Notes under the pieces: generated by a model | Database searches by the model: none | What the model was told of the DNA's origin: nothing | Seen by the model: only the letters and a program-made list of their open reading frames with translations | Made by a program: the position numbers and the translations under genes | Part shown: in pieces, positions 1 to 10,795 of the stretch | Numbering within the stretch: the stretch's first letter is position 1 | Layout of the letters: each line of letters opens with the position of its first letter | NCBI RefSeq assembly: GCF_963921235.1 | Contig: NC_086108.1 | Span: 39,062,001-39,126,000 of the forward strand | Length of the DNA stretch: 64,000 nt | Direction of reading: 5' to 3' | From: Mobula hypostoma | Lineage: Eukaryota

Positions 1-586
1 AGACACGAAGAAATCTGCAGATGCTGGAATTTCAAGCAACGCGCATAAAAATTGCTGGTGAATGCAGCAGGCCAGACAGCATCCATAGGAAGAGGTACAG
101 TCGACATTTCAGGCCGAGACCCTTCGTCAGGACTAACTGTGAAAGAAGAGATAGTAAGAGATTTGAAAGTGGGGGGGGAGGGGGAGATCCGAAATGATAG
201 GAGAAGACAGGAGGGGGAGGGATCTGGAAAGTTGATTGGCAAAAGGGATATGAGAGGATCATGGGACGGAAGGCCTAGGGTGAAAGAAAGGGGGAGCGGG
301 GAAGCCCAGAGGATGGGCAAGGAGTATAGGGAGAGGGACAGAGGGAGAAAAAGGAGAGAGAGAAAAAAAATTAATAATAATAAATAACTGATGGGGTACG
401 AAGGGGAGGTGGGACATTAACAGAAGTTAGAGAAGTCAATGTTTATGCCATCATGTTGGAGGCTACCCAGACAGAATACCCCATCTGTTATTTCTTTATT
501 TATTATTATTAATTTTTTTCTCTCTCTCCTTTTTCTCCCTCTGTCCGTCTCACTACACTCCTTGCCCATCCTCTGGGCTTCCCCCC
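1..586 (-). mobile_element. Penelope-like element 3' fragment (pLTR plus end of GIY-YIG region) with inverted 5' duplication
   Basis: Similar to 8659-9293, which encodes a PLE endonuclease C-terminus. 298-398 is repeated in inverted form at 477-584. Confidence 0.75.
99..134 (-). ncRNA. Minimal type I hammerhead ribozyme motif (PLE pLTR)
   Basis: Minus strand: AGTC-CTGACGA-AGGGTCTCGGCCT-GAAA-TG-TC-GACT. Stem I AGTC/GACT, core CUGANGA and GAAA, stem II GGGT/GCCT, cleavage triplet GUC. Confidence 0.7.
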
Positions 587-2491
587 ATCCACACTGTGCG
601 CCAATGTAGTGCTGCAGTCCTTCAGGGAACAGTGTTTAAAAATTTAATCATGATCCACACTTATCTGACACAGTGATTTCAGTACAGAGAGTTTCTGATA
701 TTGCTGGTAAATGCTTTTAAACCTGTAAGATTTTATCAACTCATCGAGGATGGGCACAGTCGACTATTATTCTTTTTTTTAAATCTTGACATATTGAAGA
801 ACTACACACTAAGCATATTAATTAAGGAATTTCACATATGCAGAACCAGAAAGTGGCTACTGCAACACAAAAATTTTATTCAAACAATATATAATGCAGA
901 ACATCACAGATCCTGAAAGACAGAGGTCTTGCAAACTGTAATTCTACTCACTATATTTCAAAATCAATATAAGATGCAGGCAAATTCATCCATACCATGC
1001 AAAATTACTTACTCCCCCAGTTGTTTACATAAAAAATTAAAGCCTTTTTTATCAGTTATTTTTGTAGTTATTAACTTTTTACTTCAATTATTGCCATTTC
1101 ACGGAAGGAGGTTATAAACCAACCACCGAGCAGCATTTCACACATGCATACACGCAATTTGTCAACAGCAACTAGGCATTCTCAACACCCAGTCAGAGAA
1201 AATTCCCACTTCTAGGCAGGTTGCAAACAGAATACGTCGATGTGGGGGAATTTCGATATGGCAGTTCTAAAGATATAAAACCAATTTTAAGGGAAATTTA
1301 ACACTTTTAATTAAATTGAAGTGAGTATTCCTGTTATGGGAATGATTCTCACACATACCCAACAGCATTCTTTAAAGTAACCTATATTATTCTTTCTTCC
1401 ATCAATTTTCAAGTCTGCTCACCGGTTTAGTCTTTCCATTCATCATTGGATTTCCATACATTGGCTACCAGCAGATTCAGGAGAGGCTGTAAGTCCTTTA
1501 GATATCTAACCTATGAACTCTTTTGATTTGATTACTAATTTTTCTGATGTTTGGGTGAAACTTGTTCTTGGAAATAATTCCAGAGAGTGATATGAATTAT
1601 TTATATTTGTCAATTTTTATAGTAAAAATCAATGTCAGATATTTATAATCAAATAGATATGTATTTTTTATTTGAATACATCACTGAAAATTACCTCGAC
1701 TTACTTTCCAACTCTTCATTGATTATTTCTGTAATAGTTTGATATCTTTCCCATGGGCAAGGACAAAAAAATAATGAAACAATACATCACAAAGGACAAT
1801 GGCCACTGGTCCCCACAGATAATCAACAGAACTTAACTCTAATACACAAGGTTCTCAGGCTCCTGAAAGAAAACTCTTCTGCTTCCTTCACCCAAACTCT
1901 CTCCTACTAATGAAGCAATTCCCTGACAAGTAACACATTAAGTATTTGTTAAAACACTTTAACTTAGATGAAGATCTCAGATCTCAAAAGTAAAAATTAT
2001 CTGAGTATTGTGCACAGGCACTTTTGAATAAGTATAGGTCTAATGTGGTGACATGGTCTAGCATATTATAACACTTGAGATCAATCTGACATTTGAACAT
2101 GTCAAAAACAACAGTGGTATGAGTATTCTTCAATCATTGAACAGGTCATCTTGCCAAAAGTCCTCACATAAAAATACTGTTAAAATTGTTGCATTTCTCC
2201 TAATGTAGAAGTGTAAACTTCTTGCCAGACCCGATGGATAACTAGTGGAACTTCCAGGAAGCCAAGGTGGCAAAATGGTAAAACTTTGCAGGAAATTGTT
2301 GAGCAGAATGTCAGTGTGAAGAAGATGATTCAAAAACTGATATGAAATCATGGACATGGAGCTGTAGGAGGCAAAACAGTGAAGAGCAATTTCATCATGA
2401 AACCACTCCTAAAGATTGCTCACTTCTCCAATGCATGTTTAAGCCAAAAGTTAATATAACAATGGAGATCTTTTTGTTTGTAGATACTTAC

Positions 2492-2617
2492 AGGTTTATA
2501 TCGTAGTGCATCCCGATAGGAGCCAAATAATGCTGCCTGTGCCTTAAGGAAAGCCCTGGCCACTCCATCACCAGTGGCTGTAGACTGCTTCTTCAGTTTG
2601 TATTTCAACGATGAGAC
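2492..2617 (-). CDS. DENND1B: DENND1B internal coding exon, 126 bp (VSSLKYKLKKQSTATGDGVARAFLKAQAALFGSYRDALRYKP)
   Basis: ctttctacag|GTC TCA...AAA CCT|gtaagt; 42 codons at the start of dDENN. KKQSTATGDGVARAFL...ALFGSYRDALRYKP is DENND1B-type. Confidence 0.96.
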
Positions 2618-2889
2618 CTGTAGAAAGAGAATAAATAGAAATTCTAAAAGCTACAATGAGCAATAATTGTACCAATGTGAATGTACTTCCTGGGTATATT
2701 GGTAATCCAAAGGGGAGGCAAATCTTTCTGAATGCTTACAAAATAAAAAGAGAACAGGACTGATGAAAGCTTGCTAAGACACAGTGTGCAATGTCCAGTG
2801 TATGCAGTGACTATGGTAAATAAACCAGTGAGCAAAGAGTGATAGTGTAGCTTTAGTTTTAAAGATTTAGTTGAATAAATGTTATTAAT

Positions 2890-4176
2890 TGTATTCATTA
2901 AGTTCAGATAAGGCATGTCATGGCAGGTGTTGTGGTGCAGTTGCAGTATATGGAAACTGATGGAAGCCACTGTGATCCATGGCAACAATATCTGCAGTGC
3001 CTGCCTCAGAGTTGATGAGTTGAAGTCTCAGATTGGGAAAGCAATGACCAGAGATGGAGTATTACCATTTTGCAACCATGTCTCTATCATGGCTAAGTAT
3101 GGAAATGAAATATTCCAGGCAAAATGATGTCGCCCAACATCCAACAAAGGAAGAGGATGAAGCCCAGAAATAGCTGAAAACAGTGGTGGGAATTGTTTAT
3201 AGGTCCCTAAACAGTACCAGTAATTCAGGAATTGTATAAATCAAGAAATTAAAGTCACATGTAACAAGAACAATGCAACATTCCTTAGGGGAATTTAATA
3301 CACATTGAGACCAAATTCCCAGTGGAAAATATAAGAAAAGGTTTTCTAGGCAAGTATCTTGCAGAAGCAGAGCAGCCTAATTTTGCTCTATTATCTTATA
3401 GTCTATGGAAGCATTAAAGGAATTGTTTATTTTAGATTAAGTATTGTGTGAAGAAAAAGAGATAAATGATATCTTATGGAAAAGGGACCTTCAAAGAAGA
3501 GTGACTGCAATATGCTATATTTTACTAAAGTGGACTAAAATGATTTAGTTCTATCTGAAAATAGGATTCTAAACTTTAACAAAACAATCTATGATGATAT
3601 GAAGTACGAGTTGGCTGCAGAGATTATGTTAAAACATACAAGAGTAATTGAGCAATGGCTAATACTTAAAGGATTATTACATGACTTACTGCAAATACAT
3701 ATTCCCCCAAGACAGGAAAAAAATATACAGTACAGGAAAAGTTGTCCAGCTGTTGCAAACATGATAAATTAAAGACAGTATTAGATCAAAGAAAAAGGCT
3801 TATAATGTTGCCAGAAAGAGCAGTAAGCTTGAGGATTGGAAAAGAAAACAGATTTTTGAGAATAATTTTGTGAGAAATAAAATAAAGATGGTCAATTCTT
3901 CAATAGATATGTAAAATGGAAAAGATCAGCAAAGCTATAGTTGGTCTCTTACATACTGAGACCACAAAAATTATATTGTTGAATAGAGAGAAATTAAACT
4001 TATACTTTTTTGATTGCCTTCATGGAAGACACAGAACACAACCCAGGAAAAGCAAACAAAAACAGATTAACAGTGCATGAAAATCTAAAAGAAACCAGCA
4101 TCAGTAAAAGGAATATGCCTGACAAATGAATGAGATTGGAAACCGATGTCCCTAAGACCTCATTATCTGCATAACA
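2890..4176 (+). mobile_element. Old degenerate CR1 LINE (5' part), host of the Gypsy insertion
   Basis: Decayed CR1 ORF1/ORF2-like sequence (gtttataggtccctaaacagt, ...gtccctaagacctcattatctgcat). It continues inverted at ~10339-10430 and on + at ~10800-11090. Left boundary approximate. Confidence 0.6.
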
Positions 4177-4423
4177 TGTTATGTTTTGTAACTCCTAAAC
4201 ATTAAATGTATCGAAAGAAAAACAGAGCTAGGAATAACGTGTATGCCTCTTAGTTCTATCTTTAGTGAGGCGCACACTTATGACGTGGGTGACATCATGA
4301 CGTATGCCATTCACATACTTTTACATATTACGCATAATGAATTATGTAAACAACAAAAATGCTTAATAAAGAAATAGATTTACAATATTACACAACTATC
4401 ACTGAAATATTAAATACATAACA
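4177..4423 (-). repeat. 3' LTR of the Gypsy element
   Basis: TGTTATGT...ACATAACA terminal inverted repeats, adjacent polypurine tract, and homology to 10271-10338 (direct) and 10625-10795 (inverted). Confidence 0.85.
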
Positions 4424-5744
4424 CTCCTCCCTGCTTAGCTATAAACTCCAACTCAATATAGAATGCATCTCAACTCAAACAGGTAATGCATTGCTCTGGA
4501 GTTTTATATATACATACACTGTATATACACAGTATACCATATAATGCAACTGCTATATATGCCGCCACAGCCTAGTAAATTATAAATTGTCCCATTCAGC
4601 CCTAAAGCTTTCATCAATATGGAGGATTTCTTATTCTTGTGGGATAACATCTTTCCTGAAAGGGGGGGGGGGTCGCTTTGCTTGTTGAGACTTGTGGCTG
4701 TGAAACACCTCCGGTTCTGGGGCCTCCTCATTGGTGGTTGTAGGAGTTGACTCTGGGACTGCAGGAAGTGTTCTGACAGTTCTAACAATTGACTCTGCTC
4801 TCCTCAACTGATTGATGTGTCGTCTGCACAATTTCCACTGTGTATGAATGTGGTCTAGTTCTATCCTTAATCTTTCCAAATACCCAAATTTGATCACCCC
4901 CTGTAGTCCCTCACCAGGACTGCTTGTCCAGGAGTGAAACATCAAACCTCCTTGCTTGAGGTTTTTTTTTTGTCTCAGCTGTTTGTCCTGCATCCTCCTT
5001 CTGAGATTGGGTTTGAGGAGATCCAAGCATGATCTCAAGGGACAATCCAGGAACAGTATAGCTGGTGAGTTGGTTGCAGCGTGTGATGCACTGTGATATG
5101 CAAGGAGGAAATTGGTGAACTTCTGATTTGGTGACAGTGTAGTGTGTTCTGCCAACATTGCTCAAAGTGCATTCTTAGGACTCTGGACAAACCTTAGCAC
5201 CAAGCCATGTGAAGCTGGGTATTAAGGTGCAGATGAATGGAATAATATGTCTTATTATATACACTTTCAGGAATGATTGAAAATTTTCAGCAACAAACCA
5301 TCATCCATTCACACTGACCAAGTGTTCTGGAACAGCAGTCCTTGAAAAGAGGCTTTTCAATACATCAACAGTGTGTGAGGCTAATGGTAGCACTTCTGGC
5401 CACTTTGTAGCTGCCTCCACTACTAACAAGGAATTTGTGCCCATGAATGGCAACAGCAAAATCCAGATGAATCCCCTGCCAGAGCAATGCAGGCCTTTCC
5501 CAAGAATGGAGAGGTCTGCTGATCTACCACAGGCCATCAGTCAAAGCTTTCAGCCAACACTTCCATACTGACCACGCCTAAATGTAGCTTCTCCAACAAT
5601 TTAGCTTTCAGCTTGGATGATACAACTACTCTCAGTCCCCACATAAGGCAATCCTGGTCAAGGGCAATTTTATCCCGGGGCTGGTAAGAATGGGGAACTG
5701 GAATTTTTGCTGCACATTACAGCAATGTTGGGCGGCCATGTAGA

Positions 5745-6632
5745 CCTGAGATAGTGCAGAGTCTCTTCCGGGTTCCTTTTGGATTATCTCTGCCATAATA
5801 GAGAGACTTTCAATTAGCATTAGAAAGATGGCGCTAAACAACGACTCCTTTGCTTACATCTTCGGAAACAGCTCTATTTCTATCTTTAATATCTTTATTT
5901 TTCCCTTTCAGGGTTCTTTTGAAGACCCTGACCTGGAGTTACATGCAGACTTTGGTCCTTTGCAGGAATGGGACCCGTTCTTGGGGTTTCAGGACCAGCC
6001 ATTATTGTTCGGTACGCCAAGGGTTTGGCCTGAGATTCCGGCTCATATTTGGAAGCCTAAGATCTCGGGGCTCTGGAGATGGGCAGATCGAGAGTTGGTG
6101 TCATGGCAGGAGACTCGTGTGTCAGCCAGGAGGCCGGAAAATCTTTCACTGTGGTCCAAAAACCTGAGATCTTTGTGATCTTCAGGCACACAGCTTGTAA
6201 AAAGCAACAAAATGGACTTTTTAACATTGTAAACCAGCAGGTTGTTGTCCTGCTCGCTGTGAAAATGGGGGACACCTCCCTCTCACTTATTAGGGAGAGA
6301 CAGAACCTGTAGTTTGTTGAATGCCAGATGAAATGCGATAGTCTTTGGGGTAACTTTAAGGTAGGTGTCTTTGCTATCGCCTAGCTTATACTTGTGCTTG
6401 GCTGCGGGTGTGCTATTGTTTTTGCTGGGCGTGGGAAGGGGGATCGTTGTTTGTTGCTGCTTACACGCGGGGCAGGGAGCTGGGGGGGGGACTCTGGGGT
6501 TCTCATGTTTAACTATCATTCATTCTTCGGGGCACTTCTCTGTTTTCGTGGATGTTTGCGAAGAAAAAGCATTTCTGGATGTATAATGTATACCTTTCTC
6601 TGACATTAAATTGGACTTTTGAACCTTTGAAC
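5745..6632 (+). mobile_element. Non-autonomous LINE-derived repeat inserted in the Gypsy element
   Basis: Interrupts Gypsy pol. Has AAGATGGCG near the 5' end and ends in attaaa...ttgaacctttgaac, like the Rex-type tails elsewhere in the window. No coding homology recognised. Confidence 0.5.
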
Positions 6633-7974
6633 ATGTCAAGAGGAGTGTACTCTTTTGTAAATTTTTTCAGGTATTTCCTTTTCCAAGGGTAAACAGGTCA
6701 ATCCCATTAACATTTCTATGATTAGTGGTGCTTTTGAATTTGATCTTGTAATTGTGCCCACCAAGAAGCAGAGCCCATCTCTGCATTCGTGCTGCTGCTG
6801 TTAGCGGAACACCCTTCTGTGGACTGGAAGTAGACACCAGTGGATGATGAACAGTAATGAGGGTAAACTCTCTCCTATACAAGTACTGGTTGAAATGTTT
6901 TTCACATCAAACCAGACTCAAGGCCTTTCAGTCGATCTGTGTATAATTTTTCTCTACAGCTATAAGGGAAATTGACTATGGGACAGATACTTCCATCACT
7001 CATTACATGTGACATGACTACACCTATACCATAAGGTGAGGCATCACAGGCAAGCTTCAGTGGAAGATATGGATGATAATGTGTGAGTACAGAGCCTGAC
7101 CTCATGATTTCTTTTGCTTTTTGGAAAGCCACCTCACACTGTTTTGTCCATTGACATTTCATCTCGATCTGTAGTAATGAGGTCAAGGCGTGGAACACAG
7201 TAAGCCAAGTTTGGCAGGACCCTGCTATAGAAATTGACAAATCCTAAAAGGAACCGTAACTGTGACATGCACTTTGCCCTTGGGGCATCCACCACTGCTT
7301 GAATTTTCTGAGCACACTTGTGTAAAATCCTTGTGCATCAATGGTGTGACCACAGTAATTAATGCTTGGTTTAAAGAATTCACACTTGCTGTGCTGTCCT
7401 CTGAGCCCATAAACTTCTAATATTTTTAACACTGTCTTGAGATTTTGGAGATATTCCTTGTCATCCTTACTGATAACATTACCACTTAGGTAGACTGAGT
7501 GCCTGGGCAGCCTTGCAACACCTGGTCTATAGCTTTCGAATCCAAAAATAAGCCTATTGTATTGATAAAGCCCTTCGTGAGTGTTTGTGGTGAAAAACAC
7601 TTTGCACTCTTCTTCCATCTCCATCTGTAGGTAGGCCTCAGTTAAGTCCATTTTGCTGAAGTGTTTTCCTCCAGAAAAGTTTGCTAAGGTATTCTCTACC
7701 CTGGGTAGAGGGTATTAATCTTCTTTTAGTACTGAGTTGATGGTAACCTTAAAATCACCACAGATCCTAACAAATTCATTCTTGTTGGCTTCAGAACCAC
7801 TGGTGTTGTCCACGGGCTCCAATGAACCTTGGAAAGAATTCCTTCAACCTCCATATGATTTTATCACAGATGGCACAAGGAAATGGACAGGCTTTGTAAA
7901 ACTTGGGTGTAGCATTTTCATTTAACACTATTTTACCCCTGATATGTTTGATTTTTCCAGTGCCACCTTTCACA

Positions 7975-8523
7975 TTGCTATGGTATCACAACCTGGTATG
8001 GAAGTTGTCCTGTCCAAGACCGAAAGAAGCTGCAGAAGATCGTGAACACGGCGCAGCACATCACACAAACCAATCTTCCATCCTTGGACTGACTTTACAC
8101 CGCACGCTGTCGGAGCAATGCTGCCAGCATAATCAAGGACATGACCCACCCAGCCAACACACTTTTCGTCCCTCTTCCCTCCGGGAGAAGGCTCAGGAGC
8201 TTGAATACTCATACAGCCAGATCTGGGAACAGCTTCTTTCCAACTGTGATAAGACTGTTGAGCAGATCCTGACTCGGATCTGGGCCGTACCCTCCAAATA
8301 TCCGGACCTGCCTCTCGGTTTTTTTGAACTATCTTACTTCCAATTTTTATATTTTCTATTTATGATTTATAATTTAAATTTTTAATATTTACTAATTTTT
8401 ACTATTTTTAATATTTAATATCTGTAATCCAGGGAGCGAGAAGCACAGAATCAAATATCACTGTGATGATTGTACGTTCTAGTATCAATTGTTTGGCGAC
8501 AATAAAGTACAAAGTATAAGTAT
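7975..8523 (+). mobile_element. Rex1/Babar LINE 3' fragment inserted in the Gypsy element
   Basis: Translates as ITTWYGSCPVQDRKKLQKIVNTAQHITQTNLPSL, typical of the Rex1/Babar ORF C-terminus. Tail aataaagtacaaagtataagtat. Confidence 0.7.
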
Positions 8524-8658
8524 CAGGCTTGATGAAGGGCTGCAGTCCCATATGTCAACTGTTCACTCTTTCCATATCCATAGACGATGCCTAGCCTACT
8601 AAGTTCCTCCAGCATTGTGTGTGTGAGCCAGTATCCAATTCCATTTTAATTAATTTGC

Positions 8659-9293
8659 CAAACAACAGGAATTCTGCAGATGCTGGAAATTCAAGCAACA
8701 TACATCAAAGTTGCTGGTGAACGCAGCAGGCCAAGCAGCATCTATAGGAAGAGGTGCAGTCGACGTTTCAGGCCGAGACCCTTCGACAGGACTAACTGAA
8801 GGAAGAGTGAGTAAGGGATTTGAAAGTTGGAGGGGGAGGGGGAGATCCAAAATGATAGGAGAAGACAGGAGGGGGAGGGATAGAACCGAGAGCTGGACAG
8901 GTGATTGGCAAAAGGGGATATGAGAGGATTATGGGACAGGAGGTCTGGGAAGAAAGACAAGAGGGGGGGGGTTGACCCAGAGGATGGGCAAGAGGCATAT
9001 TCAGAGGGACAGAGGGAGAAAAAGGAGAGTGAGAGAAAGAATGTGTGCATAAAAATGAGTAACAGATGGGGTACGAGGGGGAGGCGGGGCCTCAGCGGAA
9101 GTTAGAGAAGTCGATGTTCATGCCATCAGGTTGGAGGCTACCCAGACGGAATATAAGGAGTTGTTCCTCCAACCTGAGTGTGGCTTCATCTCCACAGCAG
9201 AGGAGGCCGTGGACAGACATGTCAGAATGGGAATGGGACGTGGAATTAAAATGTGTGGCCACTGGGAGATCCTGCTTTCTCTGGCAGACAGAG
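8659..9293 (-). mobile_element. Penelope-like element 3' fragment (GIY-YIG C-terminus plus pLTR)
   Basis: ORF 9092-9310 reads DLPVATHFNSTSHSHSDMSVHGLL...LRLEEQLLIFRLGSLQPDGMNIDF, the C-terminal part of a PLE GIY-YIG endonuclease. Followed by a pyrimidine-rich UTR and a pLTR with a hammerhead motif. Confidence 0.85.
8758..8793 (-). ncRNA. Minimal hammerhead motif with core mutation (CUGUCGA)
   Basis: Minus strand: AGTC-CTGTCGA-AGGGTCTCGGCCT-GAAA-CG-TC-GACT. A6 of CUGANGA is replaced by U, so it is probably inactive. Confidence 0.65.
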
Positions 9294-10270
9294 CACATTT
9301 TACATCTCAAGGCTACACAGTCCTGTTACTTTCATAATTCAGACTTTTCATCAACAGCATGAAGATTAGTCCTCTTTCTGAAACTGCAATTTGACTTCTC
9401 TTCCCTCTGCAGTCCATTTATTTTTGTCTGCCCAACACGCTCTTTGTATGTGTCCTACTTTGTTGCATTTTCTGCAAGTTTTGCCTCTAAATCTGCAACG
9501 GTTTGGTAAATGTTAACCCTTGTCACAAAGGTAACACAACTGGTTCAGCCAGGCCTGTTTCTGTACATTCGATGCAATTATTTTCACGCTCACTGTCATT
9601 CCTGACTGCACCTCAATTGAATCTCTGTCTGCAGTTCCCATTACAGCATTTTCAAATGCTCTTTTAAATGCCATTTTTGATTGCTTTCTTGCAAGATTCC
9701 ACAAACTAAATGATCTCTTAGTGTAGCATTAAGCCCGCTACTGAATGGGCAATGTTCATCCCACTCAGCCACATGAACTGAAATGGATTCCTCTTCCTTT
9801 TGATTCTGCTTATGAAACATAAAGCATTCTGCAATCAACAATTGTTTTGGTTCTTGCATTACTTTGATATTAGCAAAGCTCATTTCGGATGGTTTGGTTG
9901 GTACAGTTAAACTTCTAAGCAAACTATTATGTCTTTTCACCTAATGCACTCAGCAAAACTGGCACTCACTTTTCATTTGGCTGTTTCATTTACTTTGAAA
10001 TACTACTTAATTCACTCAGTATACAAAATCCAGTTACCTGTTTTATAATCGAATACATCTATCTTTCTGATGTAGCCAGCCATTTCTGCTTTTCTTTAAA
10101 TTTATTATCACAATAGTACTCACCATTTATGAACCCATGAATATTGTCTGCTTTCTGCCTTTTTTAAAGTGAATGTCTCACTGCACTTTTTTTTAAAAAC
10201 TCAAACATCTCACTGTCGCTCAACAGGTAAGTAGTCATCTCAGGTCTGCTTAAAACTTACTTGTCACCAC

Positions 10271-10795
10271 TGTTATGTTTTATAACTCCAAAACTAATTG
10301 ACAGGAAAACACAGAGCAAGGCATAACCTGCACACTCCTATACTTCTGTTTGTTCTGTCTTTTCTTACTCAAAAAATAGAATTACAGTTGCTACATTTTA
10401 GTCCATGGAAAAATCTAGAATCTTTTGAACTTTGGAGTTTGACAATGTGCGCTATCCAGAATCCTCAAAACCACCTTCTGGAGGCATGGAGACAGCAGGT
10501 GGGGGGGGGGGGGTCAAGTGAATTGTCAAAATTTTGGGTTGAAACCCTGCATCAGGAATTCCTTGCTTGCTGTTCGACTTGCTGAGGTACGTCCAGCAGA
10601 TAGTTAGTTATTTCCAAAGCATAGTGTTGTGCATTTAATATTTCAGTAATAGTTGAGTAATATTGAAATATGTTGTCTGATAAAGCACTCTGTCGTTTAC
10701 ATAATTCATTATGGGTTATATGTAAAAGTACATGAATGGCATACGTCACTATGCCACCATGTTAAGTGCGCATCTCGCTAAAAGTAGAACTGGAG
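10271..10795. repeat. 5' LTR of the Gypsy element, split by an inversion (10271-10338 direct, 10625-10795 inverted)
   Basis: 10271 tgttatgttttataactccaaaac matches the start of 4177. 10625 tgttgtgcatttaatatttcagtaatag...gtttacataattcattatg...gaatggcatacgtca matches the reverse complement of 4250-4423. Confidence 0.8.

Larger units (their letters stand above)
4177..10795 (-). mobile_element. Degenerate Ty3/Gypsy LTR retrotransposon with nested insertions
   Basis: Minus-strand order: gag (~9400-10085), RT (DLTEAYLQMEM, 7244-7850), RNase H (LKLACDASPYGIG; AARMQRWALLLGGHNY), integrase (PFMGTNSLLVVEAATKWPEV; FLLAYH..HAAT). This is the Gypsy domain order. LTRs, a PBS-like TGGTGACAA at 10261-10269 and a PPT AGCAGGGAGGAG at 4424-4435 are present. 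Many stops and frameshifts. Confidence 0.9.

Noticed and set aside
160..310. G-rich tract with G-quadruplex potential (also 8830-8975)
   Set aside because: It is the complement of the pyrimidine-rich PLE UTR shared by family copies, with no locus-specific signal.
2420..2608. ORF-track starts and ends for the DENND1B-like peptides (also 16571, 27770, 41482)
   Set aside because: These ORFs run into intron. The true limits are the GT-AG exon boundaries given in features.
5828..6312. Cluster of 70-116 aa ORFs in GC-richer DNA
   Set aside because: Inside a repeat nested in the Gypsy element. No recognisable domain or splice support.
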